Shown here piece by piece: positions 41,615 through 55,416 of a DNA stretch of 64,000 nt. A program made the position numbers and the translations under genes. Positions within the stretch are counted from its first letter, which is position 1. Every line of letters starts with the position of its first letter. The notes under the pieces were generated by a model. The model did no database searches. It was given only the letters and a program-made list of their open reading frames with translations, and was not told where the DNA came from. The DNA comes from Eledone cirrhosa (Eukaryota). Location: positions 82,894,001 through 82,958,000 of the forward strand of contig OZ024743.1 of the NCBI GenBank assembly GCA_964016885.1, in the 5' to 3' direction.

Positions 41615-42205
41615 ATGGCGGCTGCCAACTCGTTTTCGAGTACGGCCACTACTTTATATCCATATAGGAGAACCCCCACCGATGCGCTGAACGAGTGTGA
41701 CTTTTTAGTCCCGCCAGCGACTTGAAAACTCTGGTACAAACACTACACTTGTGACAATTATTGACACATAGTGCTGGGCCCATGGTACCATGTAACGACA
41801 AGTGCAGAGAGATCTCCAGATATAAAGCAATGCCTGTGCCGTGAAGCTTTTATAGTGAGCAAACGCACTGCACAAAGCCAGTCCCACTCTCTTAACCAAG
41901 ATGATATTTACCAAAAAGAATAACAAGTCAACATCATTGGATACCATCAGGGTTGCAGGTGTTATATCAGAGTTTTCCTTCTCCTAGAATTCTGCCTTGA
42001 CAAAGGCTAAGGGGGTCATCTCTCCCGGTGACTTAAGAGCTCCTTTGACCTTTGACAAGTTTTGTTTTTAGTCCTGCAGGATGTCCAAAGTCACCCTCCT
42101 CACCAAGAAACCTTGGTGGGTTGCCAGTTTAGTCGCCAACGACCCGACCATGAAACAGGTTGTACTGGGATACATGTTACCAGCAACACCAACTGGTGAC
42201 CTGAC
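41615..42205 (-). mobile_element. RTE-derived non-autonomous repeat (copy D, full length)
   Basis: Same 5' start (gtcaggtcacc) as copy C; small internal deletion. Confidence 0.87.
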
Positions 42206-42494
42206 ATACATAATACATACATACATACATACATATATACATACATACATATATAATATATGCATACATACATAATATATACATACATACATTTATACAT
42301 ATATACATACATATATTCATACATATATATACATACATACATGCATACATACATACATATATATGTATATTCATATATACATACATACATATATATGTAC
42401 ACGCATACCTACATATATATGTACGCGCATACATACATACATACATACATACATACATACATACATACATACATACATACATACATACATCATC

Positions 42495-42810
42495 ATATCA
42501 TGGCTGCCCCCTCGTTATCGAGTATGGCCATTGCTCAAGAAAAAAAATAAAAATAAATAAATAATAAAAAAATAAATAATAAATAAAAAAATAAAAAATA
42601 ATAATAATAATAATAAATAAATAAAAATAAAAAAAAAATATATATATATATATACATACATATATACATACACATATATACACATACACTCACACATATA
42701 TACACACATACATTAATAACAATAATAATAATAATAATAATAATAAACGACAACAACAATAATAATATACAATTTCATATATATATACACACACACGCAC
42801 GCACATAAGC

Positions 42811-42890
<80 letters not shown>

Positions 42891-43490
42891 TAGCAACTAA
42901 CAGTGCTACGATCGAATGTGGCTTTTTAGCCCAGCCAATGATCTAAAATGTCTTGCACAGAGTCGGCAACCAAAACATTCACTGGGAATAGTCGGCTGTG
43001 GTTGGAGTTCGTGTACTTTTGCATGTCGCTTGAGCCCTCCTGCTGATTTACATTCTCTACCACATGTTTGGCAAGCATGATGAGTAGCATCTTCAACAGC
43101 AGCCTGGTAGTCAACCACTGGTCTTACTTTATGACTGCGAAGATGACTTTCGAGTCCAGCTTTGCTTAAGCAGAGTCTCGCACAGACGCTGTATGTCAGC
43201 ACCATAGGAGGACCCCCGCCGTCTGGAAGTGCAACAGCAATGCCCTTCCTCACATCCCGCTTTACTTTCTCGTATGCGATTCGAGATGCCTCAAAGGCAA
43301 CTTTTCCCTCATATACAGTCTTTCTCCATTTATTACGATCAGCAGCAATATTTTTCCATGTATCAGCAGAGATGTTAGCGTCTTTCAGAGAGGCTTTCAA
43401 CGAATCCTTATACCTCTTTTTTGGTTTATGTGGCGGTCGTTTTCCTTTAACCAACTCTCCATAGAAGAGTTGTTTTGGTATTCTAGAATA
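42495..43490 (-). mobile_element. RTE (BovB-like) 3' fragment with C2H2 fingers, split by microsatellites
   Basis: RIPKQLFYGEL...PKKRYKDSLK followed by three C2H2-like fingers (42906-43487). The tail tggccatactcgataacgagggggcagccatg near 42498-42530 resembles the 3' end of copies A-E. Confidence 0.85.
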
Positions 43491-43516
43491 CATACATACA
43501 TACATACATACATACA

Positions 43517-43550
<34 letters not shown>

Positions 43551-43969
43551 CATGCATGCATGCATACATACATACATACTGTTTTGACCAAGAATTTTTG
43601 CTGGAGCCACTTTTTTAACATAAAAACAGTCTTGGCGCAAAATCAACTTTTTACATTCACATGACCTCTACCGACCAATCAAAATTGTTTTGACCACAAG
43701 CATTTTTGCAACACAAAAATAACGCTGGAGCCACTTTTTTAACATAAAAACAGGTAGAATTCCCAAAACTAATCAGATCAGAGCAAACAGCACGGACACT
43801 CTATCTCAAAATTATTTTTGAAAAGCATTTAGAAATGCGCAACCGGTAAAAACTTAAAAACTTAAAACCACAACTGAATACTAACCCATACAATCACTAA
43901 TACTCTTTTATTCCTAATTAAACCATTTTTCAACTGTGAACAATTTGTCAGCATTTTCTATTCCGTTTA

Positions 43970-44065
<96 letters not shown>

Positions 44066-44289
44066 GAGAGTTATTAACTCATATAGATACCCTGCAATTA
44101 ACAAGCTCAAAGTATAAATACTGAGCATTATAATATTAATATGTGTAGAAGTAAACACAGTAAACCCGTGTCTAAAATTACGAGGGTTGATTACACCACA
44201 AATGTTATATATCATTCAACCTGAATCATATGGGATGTTACAAGATTTCTTACAAGATGTCTCATACATACCATATCAATAAACATTTC

Positions 44290-44380
44290 ATCTCCTGGAC
44301 AGACTAAAGATTAATCTGTTTCGCCCTGAATGAATCGTGTTTGTAACAAGTAATCCGTAGGCATTTCGTCAGCGAGAGAT
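44290..44380 (-). ncRNA. Probable type I hammerhead (diverged relative of the 7201-7895 module)
   Basis: atctctcg-CTGACGA-(aat)gcct...gggc-GAAA-cagattaa-tct-ttagtctg-TC-caggagat. Flank 44470-44530 resembles 7650-7715. There is a 3-nt insertion before helix II. Confidence 0.6.
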
Positions 44381-44739
44381 AAGACTAAATGTTACATAAC
44401 ACCTATAACAATAAACTCACTAAAGTTTACACCTCGTGCGTTGAAAGTCATATGCGGTGCGAGTGGTTATGCTAGAAATAATAGCCTATTTACACTCATT
44501 TTTATAAGCTCAACAGATAAGGAGCCGAAATACAAATAAAATATATATATATCTGTGTGTGCATGAGGGGGTGGGTAGTGTTTGAAAGGTATTCTTTGGA
44601 GAGTAAGGGAAGTTCTATTGATCCGCAATTGTATATTGAATCCTATCTAATGATATATCTGATTAATTACAAGATTTCATAGATATTCTAAATTACAAAT
44701 TCTTCGTCGACGACCTAATCTTCGAGAGACTCGAGTGCT

Positions 44740-45122
44740 TGGTCAATGTTAGACTCTCTCTAGAGTCACGCGATCAGGGTGCGTTGCCCAAGCGATTTGG
44801 GGGGTCTTGGTCTTCGTAAATGTTCTCCCTTGCTTCCTTTCCTTCACCCACGCTTGCTTCACCCTGGTGAGCAACATCCTCTCCTCTCCAACATGGACTA
44901 GATCCAACAGGGAGTAGGATAAAGCTCTCCATCAATGGGTTGAGTTGGGTTTATCTGTTCCTGAGAAAATGGAGGACAGTCGAAGTCAGAGAGCTCAGGA
45001 CAGCATAAGTTCGAGAGCCACCTTCGTCCAGGCGGATCAGTTTGCAAGGTGCCACTTACTATTTGCCAGCGCCAAATACTCAGGTGACTGGGTTGATGCC
45101 CTACCCGTGGCTAACGTTGGAA
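44740..45122 (+). mobile_element. CRE-clade-like non-LTR fragment
   Basis: ALPKRF-GGLGLR across a frameshift, and SAKYSGDWVDALPVANVGT, resemble post-RT motifs of CRE elements. Confidence 0.6.
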
Positions 45123-48100
45123 CGGACTTCTTAAGGAGCCTGGAAGCCTTTCTGGGTACGCCTCGCCCTTTAATGTTAGCGGGGGACTGGAAAGGTATCT
45201 TAGACGCAGGCTGGGATTGTGTGGGAGAAGCTGATAGGAGCGGGAAGTGCAAAAGCCTCAAGCACCTAATCAGCTAGTTCCAACTGTCTGACAGGTACCG
45301 ACTAGATTTCCCCAATGCGCCAGTGTGGACGTGGACCAACTGCATAGAGTCATCTAGATCGTATATAGACAAGATCTTCATTAGGAAAATAGATAGAAAT
45401 AGTGTAGGATGCCTAATTTTTAAAACGGTCGCCTATTCAGATCACAAATTTGTGATCTGTATAGTCGACTTAGATAAAACGCGTAGGTTAGGACCTGGTT
45501 ACTGGAAGCTGAACATGTCATTTCCGGTACGTAAAGCTTACAGGGACCGGGTCAACAATTTAGTTAAACAAAAGTTGACAGAGGTATCGTCAACAACAGA
45601 TGGTGGGAGGCCCTCAAAAGAGAGATTAGAGTAACCTCGATAGAGTTCAGCAAAGAACTAGCGTTAGAGAAAAATAGAAAGGAGAGGGGGGTAGATAGGT
45701 TAGACGAGGCTATTTGTAGTGACATTGTAACTGACGTGCTAGCGGCGAGAATGGCATTAAACCATTTCTTCAATGTGAAACACAAAGGTTGCATTGTCAG
45801 AGCTAAGGCGCGTGCTAAGAGAAACAAGGGAACCAAAGCCGTTCGAAGGGTTCGCGAGGCAGAGGCACAGCGTGGTAATAAAACCACAATTCGGTCTTTG
45901 GTGGACCGAGATGGACACGAGATAAGCGATTCCAAGCGGATGTGTGAGGCCTTTCGCTAGCACTTTGCTCGGTTGTTTGGGGAGAGTGGCGGGTCAGAGA
46001 CAGTAGCGGACTTCAGTCCCTACCTTGACGGCTAGCCGCGCATCTCGACGGTCGACGCTAAGTGCTGCGAAAGGCCGATTACTTCAGCCGAAATTCAGGA
46101 CGCCCTTGTCGGCTGCACGAGGCGCCATTCAACCGGTTTGGATGGCCTGCCCTATGAGCTTTACGTAAATATACCAGACTTGTTCTCCGATCTCCTCGAA
46201 GTGCTCTACTGCAACTGACAGCAGAATGGGAGTATTCCCAGTTCTTTGAGCAGGGGAGTGGTGACGCTGATAAGGAAAGACGAGAACAAGAGGGATACAT
46301 TAGACAACTTCAGGCCCATAACTCTGCTCAACACAGAGTTTAAGATTTTGGCCAAGGTGTTAGCAAAGAGGTCGGCGCTTGTCGTCGAGAATTTGGTTGG
46401 GGAGGCGCAACTTGCGCAATCCCAACCAGGTCCATACATGACAACCTCCATCTCATGCGATACATCATAGAGATGGTAGGGTGTAAACCTGGCTTAGGTG
46501 GGGCACTGATCAATTAGATCAATCGAAAACATTCGATGGGGTCGACCATCGGTACATGGAAGCTGTCCTCAAAGCAGCTGGCTTCGGCCCGTCTTCAGAA
46601 GCTGGGTCGCTGCAATGCACAGCGGCATCTGCTCGGTACTCAAGGTTAATGGGTACCTCTCAGAACCGTTTCAGGTCTCCCGATCGGTCCTTCAAGGGTG
46701 CACTCTCTCTTCCCATCTGTACGTATTGACTCTCGAGCCGTTACTGCGGAAGCTGGAGCTGTTGCAGGGTATCCCGCTCGAACCAGGACGCGGAAGGGCT
46801 GTGTCGGTTTATGTTGACGACATCACCGTGATAGTATTAGACACCTCGGAAATCGAGGTGGTCGGCACCTTATTGAAGGAATATGAAAGGTTGACAGAAG
46901 CGAAACTTAAACCGGAAAAGTCGGTAGGCTTGCAGCTCGGCACCTAGAGAGACAAGTCCATGCCGTCCAACATCGTCATGGGGCGCTGGACAGACGGACC
47001 GGTAAAATTCCTTGGTGTTTGGTTCGGACTAGACTTCTAGGAGGAAAAGAATTGGAACGAGGTAACGAGCAGGGTAGCCAGCCTCACCCAGAAATGGGAT
47101 GCGAGGAAGCTATCACTGAAAGTTCGCGCGGAGGTGGCGAATGCGTACTTCGCGTCCGCCATCTACTACCGCCTGACTGTCGTACCTTGCCCCTGTGCGC
47201 GCCTCGCCAAGTTGGAACGGCTCCTTTTCAAATTCTTGTGGCGGGGAGAAGTCCCGTTGGTGAGGCGGTCCATCTGTTGCCAGCACCCTCTACGCGGAGG
47301 GTTGGGAATGTCGTGGCTAATGATGCGCAGACATGTGCTGAGGCTGCGACATTTCCAGATATTCTGCCTAAACGGTGAACAGGTGTGGTCGCCGTTTATC
47401 AGACGGGCCTTTCCGCAGCTCGTTTCTGTGACTGAGCTGTAGTCCTGGGTCAAGAAGAGACCAAGACTGGATGACTGTCACCTGGAATGTTGCCAGACAC
47501 TCACTGCTCTCTAGCAAGCGCGCAATGCGATCAGTGGAACTTCCACTCTCGAGTTCTATAGAGGATTAGTGGTGGGCAAGTGCGACGACGCACTCGGAGA
47601 GGCTCTGGGCTTCGACGAAGTCGAACTGACCAGTCTGTTCCGGAGGACTTTCGAGCCGGGGACGATGGATAACTTCCAGAAACCCCCACTTGGCAGTACT
47701 ACCGGGGAGGGGGGGCACTGCCGGTTCGAGATAAACTCTACAAGCACGGAAGTGCTGTCCGACGGACCTGCCCAAGATGCGCACAGAGCGACGAAACCGT
47801 TCTGCACGCACTTGTCCAATGTCCGTGCATTACTGACTTGTGGAGTTATGTCGAAGAGCTACTGTCGCGTGTAGAATGGATCCGGCTATCGGCCGAGTCC
47901 ATAGTGAAGATCGACCCGCCGCTTTTCTTTGGCCAGGAAGGGCAGGCAATTTTCCTCTGTCTGGTGGCAGTTGCGAAAGAGGTTGTATGGTGGACCAGAT
48001 TAAAAGGACTGAAGACAGACACTTTTCTCTTCGGCCAATCCCTCATCAACTTCTTCAAGTTTCACCTGGGAAGGAAGGTGAGGGTGGAGAGAGAAGTGCT

Positions 48101-48486
48101 GCCCCCCCCCCCCCCCCCCGTACATTTGCTAAAATGTGGATGAAGGTGGCGAGAATGGCCCGTGTGAGTGGGCCTACTCTGACCATGCGCCTATAGACTG
48201 GCTAATTTGAGGAGGAGATGGGTGTTCTCCCCGGGTGCCCTAGAAGCGCAGGGTGGTTCAGGATTGGTGGCGTACCTGAGTACCCCCTGCCCCCCCCCCC
48301 CCTTTTTGGAGAATTTATTTTGTTATATTTATGCATAGTTTATTTTATATATTTTATATCTTCATTGTTAAATTAGTCTTGCCATTGTGCACTTTTACTC
48401 GACCTTATTGTAAACCCCCACTGTCCCTGTCTTTGTATTGTCTCCTACATGTCGACTCTTGTGGCTAATAAATGAAATTATTATTA
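45123..48486 (+). mobile_element. Tx1/L1-like LINE ORF2 (APE + RT), 5' truncated and disrupted; same family as 26927-30440
   Basis: APE motifs LAGDWKGIL, SYIDKIF, YSDHKFV, GYWKLN. RT and C-terminus are closely similar to the copy at 27 kb. Ends aataaatgaa(att)n. Confidence 0.92.
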
Positions 48487-49118
48487 ATGCACTGGGTAAT
48501 TGCTGGCCTTGTGCCTAAAGTAGAAACAATTATTATAATTATTATTATCTGTATTACTAGAAGGGGCATTCTATTGTTTGTAGAGTTCCATTTTAGAGCG
48601 CTTACTGTGGTTACTGAGTGCTATGTAGTCTTCTAAGTTTGGGGTTGTGGAGTAAGAGATTTTAATATTATTTTTGTTAAGGATCTTGTAGTACTTATGG
48701 TTTGATGGGAAGTTTTTCTCCAAGATACTGAAGAATATTTTAGGTATATTAGAGGTAATGCTCTTGGAGTACGGAGGAAGATACCATGAAATATTACGGT
48801 GGCGTCTTCTATGTGGTGCTCTGAGTTTAGTGCGGTCATTACTGCTATAATGGGTCTTATTCCTGCTGCTACCAAGACCGGGCCCTTTACAACCTCCGTC
48901 CCTATTTGACTTATGTGTTCATATGCCGCTGAAGAAGTTCGCAGGCTTCATTCCATGCTGATTGGTAGGTGTAGGTAGCAGCCCATCCTCATTATTGCGT
49001 CTATAAGCAGGGAATATATTTAGGTTCGTTTATTTTATTTGTGGAGTAAGTTGGTTATTATGGCCGGACCTCGCTATTCTATTACTATGGTGATATTTCT
49101 TAGAGCTGATCATTTTAT

Positions 49119-50640
49119 CTAGCCTAGTTTTATTATTCCTATCGTTAGTAATGTTACTGTGTTATAACTATTATATGGGATATTAATAGATTTAACATCC
49201 TGGGTATAAGAGAGTTTATTATTATAGCCTGGCACCGCCAGCACACTGTTATAGTACTCTGTGGTGCAGTTAAATATGTCCTCGTTAGACAAAAGCCTCT
49301 TGATTCTATGAGAGACGCTCTTCACTATAGAGTTGAAGATAGAAGGAGGGTGGTTGGATGATTTACTAATGTAGGAAAGCACCTCACTCGGCTTATGGTA
49401 TGGTCGGTATAGGCCTGTATCTAGTTCTAATGTTACATAAAGGAAGTTGACTATCTTATGGTTAGGGTCAATGGTTACCGAAAGGCCGGTTTGTTTTAAA
49501 GAACTTGTGTATATGTTTACTAAGATTTTCTATTCTACGGAGGTTGTAGTTTTTTATGGTAAACAGAGCAACGTCTCTATATACACCTCCTTGGAGACCA
49601 TAATTTCTTCTCTGTACAGGAAGTGGATGCCAACAAGGTCCGTTACCTGTGCGGAGTTACTCGACCCCATCGTGATATCAAAGTTATCAGGTTGGTTGGT
49701 CCTGGTCCAGTATGAACTGTCGAAGTCTATGATAGTACGCCTAGCAGTCAGCACTATATCTATTTCATTTTTAGTAATATTAGTATTAGATTTAGCTAAG
49801 ATTAGAGCTTTATTTAACAGGATAGGGGAGATAGGTGAGTAGTAGTTATCTATATCGAATTGTATAAATTTAAGTGATTTCTTATCTGGTATGTTAGTGA
49901 ACCAATTAATAACTTGGTCTGTGTTGCCGCATAGCAAAATACTAGCCTTATCCCTTAATCCAGGTGTCATTCTATCCAGGATTATTTTACTAATTCTACC
50001 AATGTCCGATGTAAAGGGGCATATTAATCTAATCGAGGGGTTATCATTAAAATTAAGCTGGTGATCCTTAAGCGAGAATTTCGGTGTCATTGGTTTGTAA
50101 GGGTCAGTGTATTTTTCAATTTCTAGGTTAGTTACAATAGTCTTAACCAATCTATTTACGTTGTTAAGTGTGTTTACAGGTGTTTTCTTATAATTGTGTC
50201 TTAATTCATTAGATATAAACTGCCTATAACTATTTATGTCGATTTTATACAAGTTTTTAATCTTGTCAGAGACTACATATAAGTATTTGTCCTCCCTTAT
50301 TTTAGTTATCAAAGTGTTCAGAAAGTTAAAAAATTTATTAGTGCATTTGTACCTTTTCTTGAATCTTAAGTTTCTAATCATGTTCAGTAGATCGTTTTCG
50401 TCTAGTACGATGTTGTGTGGTGGGTGTTTATACGTTTTGAATCCGTACATATCCTTAGTTCTTGGGTGTTCAGTTGTATCTTTATACAAATTGTAGGCTT
50501 TTCACCTGACTCTGCGTATGAACGAGTTGGTGGTGGCGATAAGCTGCTTGAGGGATGTTTTATTGTCTGGTATAGGTATGGACTTAAGCTACATCAACAG
50601 CGGTTGCTTCGCCAACATTTTGGCAACTAGCGTGTAGAGC
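49119..50640 (-). mobile_element. Penelope-like element RT fragment (second PLE lineage)
   Basis: LKDH..NF...PSIRLICP, FIQFDIDNYY, FDITMGS.NSAQVTDLVG, and thumb region YISKSSNHPPSI. Confidence 0.85.
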
Positions 50641-51839
50641 TCAAATAATAGGAACACAATATCAAAGAAGAGACATATATCATAAGAGTGGAAGAGAAAG
50701 AATTATGTTACAATATATTAGATGCTAATAACCGAAGCGAAGTGTGCATAGAGGTGCAGTGTTAAACATTATAGAAAGGTTAATATTTAATGAGAGTTAA
50801 GCGCAGAAGGTAAGCAGAGCAGGTAAAAGCAAAAATAAATGGAGGAGAAGGCAATACATTCAAAAACAAAATTTACTCCATACACGGTGTTTCATCTACG
50901 CGATATCAGTATGACAGTTCTATACATATGTGTGTACGTATGTATATATAGTGCTATAAAGGATATTTTCGTAGAATCTTCAGAGAAGAAACATATATAT
51001 AGCACCGGCCCTGTAGTCAAGGATTCTATGAAGGGGTTGAAGATCTAAAACTTAGGGGGTTTCTGCGATAAAACATCACGACTGTATAATCAGTGAGAAA
51101 GACACTAACACCAAACATACAAATTTAACAATCTATATAAACCGCTACATGTGTTGTCTGCTTATCTCTACGTTATGTTGGTGCTATTGTATCTTCCCCT
51201 TTTATTAATCTTCTCAGCTTCAACTAAGACACAAATTTAATGCTTGAAGCACACATATGATGAAGCAACTCTACTGGAGAGTATTTTACTGTATTGTTTT
51301 TGTCTGTTATTGTCTTGACCTTTCTCTGTTTCCCTTCTCAAAAAACAGCTTGTCGGTCAATAAAGTACGTGTGTCCAGCTCGTTATATTAAAAGGATGTC
51401 ACACAAACTTGATGAAAGCAAGACTCACGTACGGTCAATCAAAGTTTATCAACATTCACCACCATCTTGATAAATTGATAGGTAAACGAACGGTGAACCA
51501 ATGACATATACAGACAACACATAGATATGTGTAAGATGGCACGTTTTAACTTTCCTGCATAAACAGCTAAAAAAACAACAGAAGGATTGGAGGAAGGAAT
51601 TTAACATGAAATCTGTGAGTTAATCCTCAGTTATTGGTTGAACAAGTTGAACTGGTTGATACTTCTTAGTGGCAATATATGTATTTTACAGCTGACAAAA
51701 CAAAGAAGTACGTTTGTTATTTTACACTTTAATAAGTGTCTATGGATATACAGTGAAAGTATTAACTGACATTATTGACAAGTACGACACAAGGAAACCT
51801 AAAGACTCAGTCTTCAGTCGTACAACAGTGGTGACGATA

Positions 51840-51889
<50 letters not shown>

Positions 51890-51891
<2 letters not shown>

Positions 51892-52425
51892 ATAATTTAA
51901 GCACAAGGCCAGCAATTTGGAGACACGGGGAAAGTCAATTAAAACGACCCAATATTTGACCCTTTATTTTATCGACTCCGAAATAAAAAAAATAATAATA
52001 ATAATTGTTTCTACTTTTGGCACAAGGCCAGCAATTACCCAGTGCATTACTGGTACTTTATTTTATCGACCCCGGAAGGAAGGGAAAATGTTTTTTTATA
52101 TAAGCACAAGGCCAACAATTTTGGGGAAGGGGAAAGTCGATTAAATCGACCCCACTGCATAACTGGTACTTTATTTTATCGACCCCGTAAGGATGAAAGG
52201 CAAAGCTAACCTCGGCGGGATTTGAACTCAGATCGTAAAGGGGCGTAACCCAATGCTTATAAAGCATGTTGTCTGATGCTCTACCGATTACTGGCAATCC
52301 TCCGCCCTCTAATATTAATAATAATAATTGTTTCTACTTTAGGCACAAGGCCAGCAATTACCCAGTGCATTACTGGTACTTTATTTTATCGACCCCGTAA
52401 GGATGAAAGGCAAAATCAACCTAAT
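51890..52425 (-). mobile_element. Cluster of SINE fragments (Nin/Deu-domain-like)
   Basis: Repeated gcacaaggccagcaat...ggtactttattttatcgaccccgtaaggatgaaaggcaaa units with (taa)n/(gat)n tails. Confidence 0.7.
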
Positions 52426-52843
52426 ATCTCGGGTTATTGAACGTTTAACTAAATCTACAGATGAGCAACAAACGAGGTTAGCGTAGAAATTGAACCCGCA
52501 ACCACAGTTGATGTCAAAGAGAGAAATAGACAACAATAACAGATTAATTAGGATGAGACTATTACAGCTACTGAAGAGGAAGGTTATTGATTGAACCATA
52601 GTACTGCTAAGGATGGTTATACAAGTGGAGGGAAATAATTCGATGATGAATCGCATTACAAAGACGGCTTATGGATTTGATGAATGCTTCTGAAGAAAAG
52701 AATCCGATGAAAATGAGATGGGTAAATAGGAGTGTGATAAATCGACATTCGATCGACTTTCGTAAAATCGGATCGAGGAAACAATGTTTCCATTGGTCTT
52801 TCCAATTGCTAATACTATCTATCGGTCTCAACTCCAGGTAGAA

Positions 52844-52960
52844 GGAGCAACGTGAAATAAAGTGTCTTACCCAAGGACATAATGCATCACCTGGTCCGGG
52901 AACTCACAATCTCACGATTGCGAATTCAGTTCTCTAACCACTCAGCCAGGTGCCTTCACT
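52844..52960 (-). mobile_element. tRNA-derived SINE head
   Basis: Minus strand gtgaaggcacctggctgagtggttagag (A-box-like)...gagttcccggacc, followed by tgtccttgggtaagacacttt. Confidence 0.6.
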
Positions 52961-52964
52961 GTGT

Positions 52965-54360
52965 GATAAATGAAACTACGAAAAAGATACATTTTGTCAT
53001 ACCACATATCCAGACAGAGGACATAATGTAAAGAAGGAATCTTAACCAAGCCATTTCACTGCTTGTTGAAGAAAATTACAACTGACGAAAACAAATGAGA
53101 GAAAGGTAAAAAAAACATGGAAGAAACGACGCATAGAAGATGACATAATGCAGTTATGGCAAGATTAAAGTAAAATTGAGAAAAGGTTTAGAGGAAATGG
53201 AAACATCGGATAAGAAAAATATTGAGAGACATTAGATAAGAAATATAAAATATAGAAGAATGGATTCTATGCAATAATGGAACAGTTAAAACAGAGGATT
53301 TTGTCGAAATGCCAGACGATAAGAAGATATGTGAACAGGAATAAGCAGTTCTAGGAGAATAGATTGTTCTAAAATAACCCAAAACAATTCTTCTGCACTT
53401 TGGAAGGAGACAATAGGAAGGATGCTGTCCCTAAAGTTGGCCTGACCAAGGAGTTCTGGAATGGGATATGGGGAAATTATGTGATACATAAAAGAGACGC
53501 TAAGCGAATAAAACCATCAATAAAGAATTGTAAGGAGGAAATAGACAAAGAGATTTTACCATAAACACAGTATATGTGAAGGATGAAGTGACCGAGGTAC
53601 CAAACTAGAAAGATCCTGGTCTAGATGGGATCAATGGCTTTTGGTTGAAGAGATGCAATGCGGTTCATAAAAGCCTGGCAACTCAACTAAATGAATGTGT
53701 CCAGCAAGGTACAGTTCCCTCTTGGATGGTAACGGAACTTCCTACAACATGCCTGGATATAATATGGAAGGTACTGACTGGAATATTTGCGGAGAGGGTT
53801 CATACTTTTTTTTTATAGGAAGGAATATTGCCAAGAGAACAAAAAGGATGTAAGAGAAGATCTCAGGGTACCAAAGACCTCCTGATGATCGATAAGACAG
53901 TTTTGAGGCAGTATAAAACACCAGTCCAATATGAATATAGCTTGGATTGACTTTAAGAAGGGATATGATATGGTGCCTTATTGTTGTTGAATGTCTCCAG
54001 ATATTGGTATTGCTGACTACTTCACAACTGAATACTATGCTAGAGTGGAAGACCAAGTTGTACTCAAGCAATGTATTCCTTGGAAAAATAGAAATTAAAA
54101 GAGACATCTTCCAAGGTGACTCATTTTCACTGTTACTATTTTCGTTGCACATATACCTATAACACTGACACTTATGAAAGTTAAAATGAGTTACCAGTGT
54201 GGATGACCTGAAACTGTGCGAGAAGTCACAGAGAATTGGTAAGAACATGTGTCTTGTAAAGCTGGAGGATGGGAAAGCAACGATATTCTGGGATAATGAT
54301 TTTTAAACTGATAGAGTAATTGAGCACCACTGACCGGCCATTGTTGTGACAAATGCCACT
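52965..54360 (+). mobile_element. Highly decayed R4/Dong-like remnant
   Basis: PGLDGINGFWLK, YQRPPD/LMIDK, AWIDFKK, IKRDIFQGDSFSLLLF and VDDLKL are spread over different frames. Confidence 0.7.
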
Positions 54361-54404
54361 CTCTTCTACCATATGGCTCCCCCCCCCCCTCTCTCTATAT
54401 ATAT

Positions 54405-54886
54405 ATATATATGCATACCACTCTCCTTGAACATATGACCCAACTCCTCTCTCTTCTCCGGCGTCCTAACAATCCTCACATTCAGAGTGCCGATTTTAAT
54501 GGCTCTTCTGCAAGGCAAAACTGTATTCTTTATATTTGTCTCAGAGACAGCTGATCCATTATCCACTGGCCTTCCCTGCGGCTCTAAACCAGCAGAGTCA
54601 TGACGACCAGACTGCTCATTGACAGTGTAGTTAGGGGCTCTAACCCTAGTGCTGTTACATACACTCTCCATGGATCTATTCAATGGCTGATAATACCTTA
54701 CGTACCCCACTCGAGTAAGGTAATTATTTAACCCATAAATGGAGCGCTAACAGGTACTACTACTCCGGGCCAGAGGAAACTTGAGAGTGGTAACAACTAA
54801 GGGGTAACTCCACATTCCCCACAGCTCCTGAATTCCCGAACCGGAGCCTTACCACTGGAGGTAGTTTAATGTCATACCCAGGACAT
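54405..54886 (-). mobile_element. 5' end (UTR + start of APE) of an RTE-type LINE
   Basis: ORF 54366-54710 ends in IKIGTLNVR...EEL (first APE motif); a structured 5' UTR lies upstream. Confidence 0.7.
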
Positions 54887-54917
54887 CATATATATATATA
54901 TGTATATATATATAATG

Positions 54918-55095
<178 letters not shown>

Positions 55096-55315
55096 TATAT
55101 AAATATTATATATATATATATATATATATCGTTTCTCAATCTGTTTAGCAAGATTCTTTATCTGAAAACGTGTGTTGAAACCGATATTGTTATGCTTTGG
55201 GAGGGTCATGTTGCCAATAAGAAACACACGCACCAGTTGTTTTCACTCCAATTTATTATAAATTAAATTTATAAATTTAAGAATTTATAAATTTCCGGGC
55301 GGTTGTTCATATATT

Positions 55316-55416
55316 GTCAAAGTTCTTTCGTCAAAGTTCTTTCGTCAAAGTTCTTTCGTCAAAGTTCTTTTGTCAAAGTTCTTTTGTCAAAGTTCTTTTG
55401 TGAAAGTTCTTTCGTC
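55316..55416 (-). repeat. 7x14-nt tandem array (gtcaaagttctttc)
   Basis: Units start at 55316, 55330, 55344, 55358, 55372, 55386 and 55400. The unit is the reverse complement of 58876-58889. Confidence 0.95.

Noticed and set aside
42906-43646. Host C2H2 zinc-finger gene
   Set aside because: The fingers directly follow RTE C-terminal motifs, and the ORF start is microsatellite.
54720-54886. HDV-like ribozyme at the 5' end of the RTE-type fragment
   Set aside because: Only a P4-like hairpin is visible; the upstream pairing elements are missing.
55316-55416. CRISPR-like array
   Set aside because: Contiguous 14-mers with no spacers, no cas genes and a eukaryotic context.
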